DNA of 64,000 nucleotides from Anthoceros angustus (Eukaryota; Plantae; Anthocerotophyta): assembly GCA_010909165.1 (NCBI GenBank), contig VJWM01000193.1, positions 62,001 to 126,000 of the forward strand, written 5' to 3'. Positions 24,026 to 36,138 of the stretch are shown here, piece after piece (position 1 is the stretch's first letter; each line of letters starts with the position of its first letter). The notes under the pieces were generated by a model. That model ran no database searches. It saw nothing but the letters and a program-made list of their open reading frames with translations, and was not told the origin of the DNA. Both the position numbers and the translations under genes were made by a program.

Positions 24026-24671
24026 GTTACACATCCATGTCATTGTGTGCGCACTAATCTGTGCGTGTTTGTAACGTGACCCACACAAGCACATCATGTC
24101 TACGTAGCTCTATGAACTCGAGGCTCGTGTATAACAACATACCAATGCACAGTCCGAACGGATAAGCAAAACGTTGTGAAGGGCACCCGCATGGAGGAGG
24201 TGGATGAGACATGGGCCCCATCACCTCAACGATGAGGAAGAAGCTGGAAAAGGTAGATGGATACTTCAATAGAAAATTCGCTCATTCTGTATACACAAAG
24301 TTATGTCGTCTGCATTTGTGCCATGGAATGGGTGCACCGGATTTCCTTGTGCGAGATTAAGGTGCGAGCCCACCCATGAATATTGTATTGTACAAATGTG
24401 TGCTCTGCAGCATGGTTTTTTTTTCTAGTACATAGGAACTTTGTGCGTGGGTGGGTACTTGTGCCAGAGTACTTGCTTTCAAAATTGCCTGATCCGGCAA
24501 GAATGTCTGGACCTCTTCAATCATGCGGCCCACCCACGGTCGTCGGTTACACCTTCCGGGAGGCAGCTGGTACACTTTTGTACAGCCTCGGTTCCTACTG
24601 CGAGTGCCGTGCTGGGCCCATTACTGTGAGTCCTTCAAACAAAACATGGTGGCTGGGATGGGGGAGGACGT

Positions 24672-25625
24672 GGACTAAGTTAATTACCGGAGATGACGAC
24701 CAGGTTTCCTTTTTGGATTTCCTGCGGCCCACACAAGGCGGGGGACGAGCAGAGCTTGGCCACGTTACCTGCAAGGCGAACGAGACCTGGCCACCAAGTG
24801 AGAAAGGAGCTGGGTTTCCCACCATCACTTCACCCACGAGCACGTTGACGTCGATGGTTTTTACACTAGAAATCTTCAGGCTTGACATAGCCGTGTGGAA
24901 GCTGGCTTGCGTGTAAGGAATCACGCGGTCATCTTATTGTGCGCGTTGAAGAAAGTGGCCACAGATATCAAGAGAGATCCTCTTGCGGATCGCTTGGTCC
25001 TTAGAGCGGTGCAGCTTCCTCTTGCGGATCGGTGGCTGCTCCAGAAGCTCCATCCCCACTTCGTCGTTCACGACTTCTTGCTTAGTTGATTCCTTCTTAT
25101 GCATTACCTGCCACTCTGGTTTGCACATGAAAATATATGCAGACTGAATTCACTCCTCAAAAGCAAACAGCAGCAGACAATCCAACCAGCGATCGGATTG
25201 AAGGAATTCGATCTTTCCAGGCATACGCGCGCCTTCCCCTTGCTAGAAAATGAGAATTTCCTTTATTCAGAAATACTTACAATTCCAAAGGCAAGCAAAG
25301 CAATCTTGCTAGGCATTACACAGGCTTCAGTTATTCTGGGATTCTAATCTTTTAGTCATTTTGTTGAATTTACTTGATTTTTCTTCTAAGTTACACATCC
25401 ATGTAGTTGTGTTGAGCACTAATATGTGCAGTGTGAGGTGGATTGGCATTGGCAAGGTTCCTCCACCACTCTGTTTTGCACATGAAAATTCATGCAAACG
25501 AATCGCTTCCTCAAAAGGGAACAGTAGGAGACACTCCAACCAACCATGTGACTGAAGAAATACTTGCCAGGCATAGAAAAATGAATGGACTTCTTGAGGA
25601 ACTTGATGGTCAGAGTTTCACCACT
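24672..25625 (-). pseudogene. Truncated, degenerate duplicate of the 3' end of MCM3
   Basis: cttgaggaacttgatggtcagag (about 25592) matches MCM3 at about 39143. gtgcagcttcctcttgcggatcg matches 38265. The translation NPAPFSLGGQVSFALQVTW parallels MCM3 NPAPFSPGEVSFALQ. Stops and indels are present. Confidence 0.8.
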
Positions 25626-26119
25626 GCTGTGTATGGTATCTCTTCTCGCAATATTGCCTGACGTGTGGATCCCGGTGTGGATCAGCTGTGATCACAAAGC
25701 ACGTGTGAACTTGACCACGACTTTGGTATGCGTGTGGGAATTGGATTCGTGACATCAAAAAATTAGATCAATACAGATACTGTAAACGTTTGAGGTTCTC
25801 AGGCATGCCATATATGAACATGATCAGGCATTGTTGGACTTTTGGGATGCTTCTGATCCCCGACTGCAAAGCTATATAGCACCAGTCCGTCCATGCCGTC
25901 CATGCTGTCCACCAACACGAACTCAACAGAGTCTGCCAAACTAGTTTTCTAATGTGCGAATGACGCTGCTGCCCCAGTGTTTTGCTGCAACCCAGTACTG
26001 TTGAGCACGCTGGTGGTTGCTGCAATCACGGCAGCCGATTATACCACCGCGTCACACTGGCTAGCTACTAGGCATGCAAAACCGCGTGCTCACTGCGCAT
26101 GCTTGATGACTTCTGCAAG

Positions 26120-26640
26120 TTAACCTCTACATGATGCCTATCCTAAGAAAGTGTGGACGTCGAACGCAGCAACCACAGATGTGAAGCACTATGCAAAGTA
26201 GTGTATCCATGACGGTGAAGATTACACGAAGCAGAAGTACCTGTAGATGTTTCTCCCTACCGCCACATGGTAAAGGAACTAGCACGTTTCAGGCTGAGAT
26301 CTTCAAAAGCTGTATGTCATCAAAGGGAGGGGTCAACTCCCAAGGGCAGAAGGAATGTATGCAAAAGGTGCGACCAAGAAAGGGTGGACGATGCAGAAGG
26401 CCACTTTCTTTTTGAATGCCCGAGCTAGGGATGAACACTCAGGGCTGTTCACAAAGCTGAGAGACGTGGAAGGCCTAAGCACGGTGGAACCAGCTGAACT
26501 CCTGGGTCGGTTTCTAGTTACCACACGAAAGATTGCCTTGGGGTGACTTGACAAAAGAAATCTGACACCCGTGACGGGGCCGGCTGTGTAAACTCCCCCA
26601 AGAAGGGGGTCAGGCTATCCACACCTTACGAATCAAACCA
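26120..26640 (+). mobile_element. Degenerate 3' fragment of a LINE ORF2 (C-terminal zinc-knuckle region) inserted in the dirigent-2 upstream region
   Basis: 26276-26428 reads ELARFRLRSSKAVCHQREGSTPKGRRNVCKRCDQERVDDAEGHFLFECPS*, matching the LxRFR...CxxC...ExHFLxxCP pattern at the end of non-LTR ORF2. The segment is absent from the paralogous promoter at 36300-36340. Confidence 0.65.
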
Positions 26641-27051
26641 TGCATTATATTGTACCGCCCATGCACCAATGGGACAACGTAGCCTTCTCCCATATCGGCA
26701 TGGGGCATCCCACCACATGCACATCATGTCCGAGATTCACGTCTCTCGCTCCTCCTCTCCTCTGTAAATCGTCCAGAGTACTGGGGGCGCTGGCTTACCC
26801 GTGCGTAGCCTAGTAAGCGCGAGATCCCGTTTTATGAAGATAAAAGATCCGTGTGGCCCCTGGAGAGAAAGCTCAGGAGGAAACCAATGCGATTGTTGTA
26901 TGTGCAACGATCACGGCAAGTATGCAGGTCTTTCTTCATGCACCCTGCTCCTTCTCCAGCTCACATGTACGTTAAAGCTCGAGACCGGCGGCAGGTCCCT
27001 GCATCTGCGACACCAGAACTTCCACCGTGATCCCCCACGGCCTGCAGCAGT

Positions 27052-27709
27052 ATGCAGGCTGCCCCGTTGTTGTTGTGGCTCACCGGGCTTTTGGCAGCTG
27101 CGCTCTTGGACATGTATGGCTCAGCATGGGCAGAAGTACAGCCACTGAGAACAGCCCTGAGTGTGACGAAGACCAGCCACAACTTCACGCTGTACTGGCA
27201 GTTGCTCAGCAAAGATGAACGTTGGAACCTATCCCATAGTCCCTCCTCTCAACGCAACAGCGGATCGGGGCAGTAACTTCGGACAAGTGCTGGTATACGA
27301 TGGCGGGCTCACAACCCTGCAGGATCCCAACTCTACCATCGCCGGACGCGGGAAAGGAGTGGTTACTTATGATTCGCTGGACGTCTCTGGCGAGATGACG
27401 CGTTGGAATGCCTACTTCCCCACCGACTTAGACGGGGGAGGCCTGAGCATTAGGAAGGAGAGCAGTCTCCACTACACAGGCTTTCATTTCACGACAGATG
27501 CTAGCAGTGAGATAGGGTACGAATTAGCCATTGTCGGCGGCACTGGAACTTTTAGATACTGCCACGGCTACAGCAAGGAGTCCCTGGTGGTCCTGGAAGC
27601 CGACGACGTCAGAGTGAAGCAAGACAATTACATTATTTGTGATTGTACAGTGTGCAGTAACATAATTGGATCACTCAGACTTGGATCGCTCAGCTGGAAC
27701 TGGTGCTAA
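27052..27709 (+). pseudogene. Dirigent-like protein 2: 1-bp frameshift near 27217 and a deletion removing the normal stop (pseudogene or sequencing error plus neo-C-terminus)
   Basis: The signal peptide and KTSHNFTLYWQ are in one frame. FGQVLVYDGGLTTLQDPNSTIAGRGKG...ELAIVGGTGTFRYCHGY are in another frame. The 3' end lacks the about 45 bp that contains the stop in copy 3. Confidence 0.75.
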
Positions 27710-28210
27710 TGTGATGAGGCCTAGGATTACCGGGTCTGACGCTGCGGCTTCCACCCAGGTTTTAGGCTGAATCCCAGACTCCTCTAGAGGCTCCAATGGT
27801 GGTTCTTCCATTTGTAATGGCCAGAAATAATATAATTGTTATGGACGAAGATTCTTGATAAATAGATATTATTTTATGATATATTTTATAGAATACTTTA
27901 ATAAAATAGATAGATATATATAAGCTTTTCTTTCGTGATAAATTATGTTGATCGCATTTGCGTAGTGCACTTGAATAGACGTGCTGTGCTTGTGTCCTTG
28001 CCTTTACAAACCGATCTAGCAAGAATACCAGAGAAATTAATCTGGCTGGCCCATATTTTCGGTTTGGGTGATGTGCTGGCACCTCGAAATAGGGTAAGAG
28101 AATATGTTAGGCCAATACTTTTCGTTCGGGTGGTGGGTGGTGTGCTTGTCATTGGGCATCAGCACCAAGAAGAAGACGTGTGTAGTTCCATGTCCTTTTG
28201 GAGCATGTAC

Positions 28211-28664
28211 TGTTAGGAGGAAGATTAGATTGTGCTTTTGTCAAGAAAGAGCCAGCATGAGTACTGTGGATATGAGAGCGGGCATCCAGGAGCTATAGGG
28301 ACTGGCTATGGGAAAACGTGAGTGGCCACAACTTACAAGACTGTCACTGTAGTTAAAGCGTAGGAAAAGATGCCTTGGACATCCTATAAAATTGTATTCC
28401 ATTTTCCTGCTCAGGGAAAGTACAACAAGAACAGGCCGAGAGCCTGTATCCTTGTGCCCATTCTTGAGAGGATCTCTCCCCTTACTGACGTTGAGGCCAC
28501 GCTCTCTTGAACTCTCGCACTGTGACCTTGATTTCTTGTGCAGAAAGGTGTATGAAGGACACGAAGGATCGAGAGCATCTAACCATTTGTGTGTAATCTA
28601 TTGAGTGGACCTGTGGTGCTGTGAATTACAGTAGACAGATCCTCTTGCAGTGACCTCACCCTAT
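28211..28664 (+). repeat. 5' LTR
   Basis: Direct repeat of 34557-35009 with roughly a dozen differences by eye. The terminal CA and PBS appear deleted. Confidence 0.9.
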
Positions 28665-31600
28665 TGGAAATGACCTCTGCTTTGAGTACCAGGGAACCCA
28701 AGCCTAAGAAGACGAAGGGAAAGGCGAAATTGGAAAGTGTCGGTGCATTAAAAGTTGCTGGCGGCCCGGAATCATCCGCCTATCCAGTGGGATGGCTGAG
28801 GAAACACGCTGTGCCATCTGTCACGGCATTTGTAAACGATGTCGAAGCCACAGATGTTATGGTAGATGGCGGTGCCTCCACCAATCTGATCAATTCGAGA
28901 TGGCTGACCGTTTTTGGTCTTACCTCTGCAAGAAGAATCGCTTGCCCACAAGTCTTCAGGGATGCCTCAAACACCCCACTACCCGTCCTCGGGGTAATAG
29001 AGAACGTGAAGGTGGTTGTACATGGGATCAAGGTGAGAATTGGGTTTACGGTCGTTGAAGTACCTGGTTCCGCATATAATCTAATCTTGGGCCAACCTTG
29101 GTTGGAGATGGTATACGGGAGCCATCACTGGGATTCCGGCATCCTCGAGATTGGTCCGACTGGAAGAAGGGTGCAAATTAAAGCATGGCAGCCAGAGGAT
29201 ATCTGCATAGAAGGAGCTGCGGAGAGCTCGATGTCTGATGCTTCCGTCTACACCGACGACGAGGAAGATATTGAGGTTGACTTCTCGGATGACAGCTTCA
29301 ACAGCGAGCCTGAAGCTCTTCATATTCTCTCTGTACGAATGGCTCAGGATAGGTTGAAGCCTGCGTTTGGTCTGGAGCATCCTGCTATACAAGAGCTCAA
29401 GTTTCCCACTACAGACGGGGGAGAGAAGACTGCAAGGATTGGTGCTGATATCAAAGGGGAGGAACTGAGGAAGTATAAATTGCTTTTCTCGAAGTACGAG
29501 CATCTCTTTATCACTGGTCACAAGGAGATGCCCACCACAAACATCTGCAAGTTCAGAATCGATATTCCAACAAATACCAAGCCCAAAATTCAGAAACTTA
29601 GGAGGCTCGCACCCAAACACATGCAGGAGGTGAAGGAGGAGGTAGAACGCTTGCAAGCTGTTGGGTGTATTGTACCTGTCAAATATCCGGAATGGGTATC
29701 CCCGATAGTCATCTCTTTAAAAAAAAACGGCAAGGTACGGATGTGCGTAGACTTCCGCGAACTCAACAAAGCTACCAAGAAGGATAAGTTTCCCTTGCCA
29801 ATTGTAGATGAGATTTTGGATGAAGTTTCTGGCCATGAAATGTATTCGTTTTGTGATGGCTATTCCGGGTTTCACCAGGTGGCTATCGAGGAGGAAGATC
29901 AGCCTAAAACAGCCTTTGTAACTCCCTGGGGTGTCTTTATGTACAGAGTCATGCCATTTGGACTTTGTAATGCACCCTCATGCTTTCAACGGGTGATGAT
30001 GAGTGCTTTGGGATCTACTGTTGGAAAGTTTCTCAGAGTCTTCCTTGACGACTTCGCTGTGTATGGTAACAGGAAGGAGCATGCCGAACATTTGGAACAA
30101 GTGTTCTTAAGGTTGACTTCTTCTAATATTGGTTTGAACCCACAGAAGTGCATCTTTGCTGTAACCAAGGGAGAGCTTCTTGGCTTTATGGTTAATAAAG
30201 AAGGGGTACATGCCGAGCTTGGAAAGCTAGAGAAGTTTTGGAAACGACCGCAACCCATTACTACCAAAGAGGTGAGGTCATTTGTACAAACAGCAAGCTA
30301 TTACAGGAGGCTGATTCCTACATTCACGGAGGTGGCAGCACCGCTTTACAAGATGATACGGAAGAATGTCGATCCAGAATGGAATGACATGGCTCTCTCT
30401 GCTTATGGCAAGCTGAAGGAAACGATGGACTCTGCTTTGGTGATGAAGAAGCCCGATTGGAGCTCTAAGTTCTTTGTGAGCATAGAGGTGACAAGTGTCT
30501 CACTGGAGTATAACTTGTTTCAGCAGGATGAGCTGACCAAGCTGTATTTTCCAGTTTACTTCGCGGGAAGACTCATGACAAAATGTGAAACACGGTACAA
30601 TGCGATTGAGTAGGTTGCAGCGGGAATGATCGCAGCAGTATCAAAATACCATCACTACCTTATTACGGGAAAGTTCACCTTTCTGGTCAGAGCTCAAGCT
30701 ATGAGGTATTTGATGTTGATACCAAATCCTGCCGGGAGATTCGCAAAATGGATATTTATCTTGTCTGGGTATGACTTCGAAGTATTAGTAAAGTCGCTTC
30801 GTTTCAGAACTATTGAAGCGGGACTCTGCGGATATGAAAGTGATACTGTAGAACTGGACATGCTTGATCAGGGTATTGACGGAGGAGTTGCTGATTTTGC
30901 ATCATGGCCACGGGTCAGGAAGAAGAAAAGTGAAGGCGTGGTTGGTGAACCAACCTCTGCTGAACAAAAGGGAGGGGATCCTGCTCTTGCTACTCTTTGG
31001 ATGAAAGTTGATGTGACTAATAAAAGTGAATTGTGGAGGAGTTGCTGATTTTGCATCATGGCCACGGGTCAGGAAGAAGAAAAGTGAAGGCGTGGTTGGT
31101 GAACCAACCTCTGCTGAACAAAAGGGAGGGGATCCTGCTCTTGCTACTCTTTGGATGAAAGTTGATGTGACTAATAAAAGTGAATTGTGGAAGTTGTGGT
31201 CTGATGGAGCTGTGGCTCATGGAAAAGCTGGTGTTGGAGTCGTGCTCACAAGACCTGACGAGAAGAAGGAACCAACCAAAATCAGCTTAGCAATTCCTCT
31301 GTCCACAAATAATGAAGCCGAGTATACTGCTCTTATGTATGGTCTGCGGGAGGCATTAATGAGGGGTGTAAGGTACCTGCATGCGTTCTGTGATTCACAG
31401 CTGATGGTGAAGCAGCTACTAGGTATTTATGAAGTACGTGCCAAGAACTTGAAGCCCTTGCATGCACAGGTGGTGGAGATGATTCCCGAATTCAGTGGTG
31501 TGTCTCTAATCCATGTTCCCAGGGATCAGAATATGTTGGCTGATAGTCTAGCCAAGTTGGCAATTAAAGAGAATGTGGGGAAATCAAGAGCATATCCTGA

Positions 31601-33413
31601 TCCTGGAACAACTGCTCTTCAGAAGGTAATGGCTGTATCTTGGGTGGCTTCTGCACAGCTGGAAGAATACAAAGATCAGATGAACGGTAGGCAGTCTAGA
31701 ATTTGGAAGGTTTTTGTTAGTTGCTCAATTGTAGATAGAATGGTGGGTGTGGTAGCAAGGCTTGGAGTCATTGTCAAGATGCCCAATGGGGACCGGCTGT
31801 GCTCCATTAGCAAGACAATGATGGTTGAAACTGAAAGTGAAGGAACAGCACAGGCAGTACTATCAGGACTCTCTGAAGCACTACGCTGTGGGGCAGCATG
31901 GGTTCTCATATGCGGCCATAGTAAAACTATGAAAGAAGAAGTTGATAAGTTGATGAGGGGATCAAGAGGGGATGTGGCTGTAGGAACGCTAGGGATGCTG
32001 AGTACTGCCCTGTCCCGCTTCAAGGGCGTTGGCTTCTGCTCAGTGACACCGGCAAACAACAGGAAAGCTCACAAGCTTGCCGTTTCAGCTTCATATAGGC
32101 AAATGTTGAAATATGACGCCATGCGGATGCAGGTATTCACGGTGAAGATTGAGGACCCTAGGGATCTGTACATGCAGATAAGAGAATTTTTGGAGAATGG
32201 GAAGTCACCAGAACATTTTGACAAAAGGCAAAAGCAGAGACTAGGGCAATGGGCAAAGGCATACACTGTGGTAGAAGGAAAACTTTTCCGGATTGGTCCG
32301 GACAAAGTACTCAGACTTTGCGTATGGGGTGAGCAGATTCCACAGATACTATTTGAGGCACATGACAGTGTTTGTGGTGGACATTTCGATGCAGTGGCCA
32401 CTGGAAAGAAGATCCTCAGAGCTGGGTATTACTGGCCGACGATGATGGGAGATATCCGTGGTTACTGTAAGCAGTGTGAAAAATGTCAAAGGTTTGCCAA
32501 GGTCAGTCTTAGAGGTGGGTCACTACATCCTATTTTTCCTACTGGACCCTTTTGTAAATGGGGACTTGATTGCATAGGTCCTATTAACCCTCCAACCCAT
32601 CACGGAAATAGCTACATCATTACCGCTACTGATTATGCTACTAAATGGGTAGAAGCGGAAGCCTTACCTACCTTGTCTGGTGAGCACACAGCTGCTTTTC
32701 TTTACCACCATGTGCTAACCAGATTTGGCTGTCCCCTAGAGATAGTGAGTGACCAAGGGAAAGAGTTCGTCAATACTGTCATAGAAAGTTTAGCAAAGCT
32801 GTTTGTTTCCAAGCATAAATTTGCTACCCCTTACCACCCTATAGCTAATGGACAGGCTGAGAGTTCCAATAAGGTTGTCATCAAGGTCTTAGCCAAGTTA
32901 TGTGAGTCAGAGCCAAGGAGGTGGGATCAATACCTTCATGGAACGTTGTGGGCAATCAGAACAAGAGTAAAAGCTGCCCTGAATGTCTCCCCTTTTGATT
33001 TGGTATATGGAGCTGTTGCAAGAGTGCCTTCACAGGTAGTGGCCGCCACCAAAGGTTTTTCCATACTTGAAGCTGCAGTGCTGGATGATGAAGACCGCTT
33101 GATTCAACTCTGTGAACTGGACGAAGTAAGGAGGATTTCACTTGTCAAGATGGATGAAGAGAAGATGATGCAGAAGGAGGCTTATGATGGTGGAAGGAAG
33201 GGATTTGACTTTGAAGAAGGAGGCTGGGTATTGAGGCTCAACATGAGGAGGTATCTTAAAAGAGAAGTTGCCAACAAACTCAAACCCCGGTGGGAAGGTC
33301 CGTTCTTGGTAAAAGAGGTACATGATTCTGGAGCTGTTACTATCTTCGTACCACCACTGCTGGAAAGGGCAGAAACTGTGAGCGGCTCACATCTCAAGAA
33401 ATTCTATTTTTGA
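28664..33413 (+). pseudogene. pol polyprotein interrupted by an in-frame TAG (30611-30613) and a 154-bp frameshifting tandem duplication (30881-31190)
   Basis: ORF pieces 28664-30613, 30626-31048 and 31026-33413. YNAIE*VAAG sits where xE(K) is expected. ggaggagttgctgattttgc recurs at 30881 and 31035. Confidence 0.9.
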
Positions 33414-34327
33414 AAGCTTTGTGTGTATGTAGTGTAAAGTGCTATTTCTGCGTTAATGCTGCTAGACCAGAGTCGTTCACATGCTTTCCTGACGTACTTA
33501 GCATGTGTGTCGTAGGTATTACATAGGTCATGTACAGGTGTCGAGGCCAATAATGTGCTCCCGAAGGCATCTGGCTGAGGATATCTTCTTAGAGTCATTG
33601 TCTTGTAGAGGAAAGTGTGTGTGTGTGGTTGTGGTGGCAGTTGTGCTTATCCTTTAGAGTCGAATAGTGCTGAGTATAAAAAAAAATAAGTCTGCTGAGG
33701 TCTCAGTAGAGTATCCTCCCATGGCATCCTTCCTTCTTGCCTTTGATCCTCAGACCTTACAAAGGCCCAGAAGCAGGAAGGAGATCTTGTCTTGGTTGGC
33801 TTACTGTGAAAGACACAATTCTTTTTAAGGCTCCATATCTGGCTACACCAGATAACCGCCGGTGTAGAATCATTGGGGGTGGATGGGGAGGCTTTCAATC
33901 GAAGGCGTCCTGAATCACATGGAGAGCTACAAGCGTGGATGGTTCATCTTCGATCCACAGGAAAGAGCGGTGAGGTGGCAAGCTGGTACAGGATAATAAC
34001 ACCTTTTGTTGCTATTCTAAAGAAAGATCTCTCTTGGTTTCGATGGGGAAGTATGTGTGAAGAATCTTGGGAGATTCTGAGAAACTTTCAGGTCTCTCAA
34101 AGTTGTGTTTTAAGGAGACCTGACCATGGTGGTGAATCAAGCAGTATCCTTGGAGCAGAAGAAACTGGAGACGTCACTGTTGCTGAAGATGACGAGCTCG
34201 AGCTGGTTGAGGGAATTGCTACCCTCCTAAGAGGGTTTCACAAGAGAACCCATGGGAAGGATGCTAGTAAGGCCAGTTAAAATAATTGCTACTGAAATCT
34301 TTAGTGGCCATAGATGCTATTTGTTTT

Positions 34328-34328
<1 letters not shown>

Positions 34329-34380
<52 letters not shown>
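34329..34380. repeat. (GT)n microsatellite, about 26 units, inside the retrotransposon 3' region
   Basis: Direct reading. Confidence 0.97.
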
Positions 34381-34381
<1 letters not shown>

Positions 34382-34556
34382 ACGATCAGGGGCTGTGTTT
34401 GAAACTTGAGCCTTGGCTGCTAATTAGTTGTTAGAGTTCAAGTTTGAGTTTGAGCTTACTGAATCCGGGGCTCACTTATGTATGTGTGGAGTGGTTATAT
34501 TGGCTGGGGATAACATCGAAGGATGAGGATCCAGGCCTCAGCCGGGGTGTGCCAGG

Positions 34557-35011
34557 TGTTAGGAGGAAGATTAGATTGTGCTTTTGTCAAGAAAGAGCTA
34601 GCATGAGTACTGTGGATATGAGAGCGGGCATCCAGGAGCTATAGGGACTGGCTATGGGAAAACGTGAGTGGCCACAACTTACAAGACTGTCACGAGTTAA
34701 AGCGTAGGAAAAGATGCCTTGGACATCCTATAAAATTGTATTCCATTTTCTTGCTCAAGGGGAAGTACAACAAGAACAGGCCGAGAGCCTGTATCCTGGT
34801 GCCCATGCTTAAGAGGATCTCTCCCCTTACTGACGTTGAGGCCATGCTCTCTTGAACTCTCGCATTGTGACCTTGATTTCTTGTGCAGAAAGGTGTATGA
34901 AGGACACGAAGGACTGAGAGCATCTAACCATTTGTGTGTAATCTATTGAGTGGACCTGTGGTGCTGTGAATTACAGTAGACAGATCCTCTTGCAGTGACC
35001 TCACCCTATCA
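34557..35011 (+). repeat. 3' LTR
   Basis: TG...CA bounded direct repeat of 28211-28664. Confidence 0.9.
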
Positions 35012-36085
35012 CCCTTGATGTATGCGTATGCCTGCTTGATCGGATTCATTGCAGCCAGTTCATCGCTCAGTTTCAACTCGCCATATGCTGATAGTCTGAA
35101 GGGTGACCCTGTCAGTATTTGGCACAATCTTGTCACGGGCAAGAATACGGTCTAGTAACCTTACCTTCCTATGCATGTGTCTGCAGGTCCGGATACATAG
35201 TTGACGCTTAAAGTCAGATACACCTTAACAGTACCTACTAATATACGCATTTTCGGGAGTAAAACACATTCTGCCTAAGAACATAAAGAGCTTGCTTGTG
35301 CTATCATAAAGTTCAGGCTTGCCATAGAGAAAGGTCTCTAAACCCCGAATAGGCCAGGGAACTAAAATTATTCTCAACTCGCTTTGAGGGAATATAAATT
35401 ATAAGAAAATATCCTGACATAATTTGCCAAGGTTGGGGATCCAATTATTCATGGACGAGGCATATTCAGCAAGCATTATTTCACCCAATGCATCGAACTA
35501 GGAAGTAAAACAACCTTCGCAGTGTTTTTAACGATAGATGGATTTAACTACCATAGTTGTCCAATGAGAGCATGCCTACTTAGTGTCACTGAAAATCCCC
35601 TATAAAAAAGAGATAATAATTAATTTTTAAAAAATATTTTTTTAAAAATGATAGAAAAAGATATATTAGATTCAAATATTGAACAAAATATTTGTCATAG
35701 TGCATCGTGCAAGCATTAATGCAGCAATCAAGCCAGGGAAGAGATCAGAGAAAAACAAGGTAGTAAGGTAATGAGAATTAAAAGTCAACTCTTGGTTAAC
35801 CCCAAGCAACAACTTTTTCTCGGGAGAACTACTAGATGTAGTGAAATAAAGCGTAATAAGAGAAAAAGATTCACTCTAGATAAATACGTTAGGTTTAATA
35901 AGATGCTAGACCGACGAGAACCAGATATATTGGTCTAATGTATCACCTCTAGCAAGTAGATTAGTAAACAAGCTATAGGTAAGTTAATAAGTAAGCTAGA
36001 TAACTTTTAATACCATTCTAGTAATTTTATAAATATTCTTCTAATTGAGGTACTTCTTATTATCTAGCATGGTTAATGCTCTGAG

Positions 36086-36138
36086 TTAGGGTTTGGGGTT
36101 TGGGATTTGGGGTTTGGGGTTTGGGGTTTAGGGTTTTG
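36086..36138. repeat. Interstitial telomere-like repeat (TTTAGGG/TTTGGGG, about 7 units)
   Basis: ttagggtttggggtttgggatttggggtttggggtttggggtttagggttttgg. Confidence 0.8.

Larger units (their letters stand above)
28211..35011 (+). mobile_element. Ty3/gypsy LTR retrotransposon, Tat-like (additional RNase H), gag deleted, defective
   Basis: LTRs of about 455 bp start TGTTAG at 28211 and 34557; the 3' LTR ends TATCA. Domain order PR (VDGGAS), RT (RMCVDFRELN, FLDDFAVY), RH, aRH, RH-like, INT (HHCC, WGLD, SDQG, NGQAESSN, GPF). No TSD found (tgtac vs ccctt). Confidence 0.93.

Noticed and set aside
25780-25900. Protein-like stretch EVLRHAIYEHDQALLDFWDASDPRLQSYIAP on the plus strand
   Set aside because: Short, no start codon, no family recognised; insufficient support.
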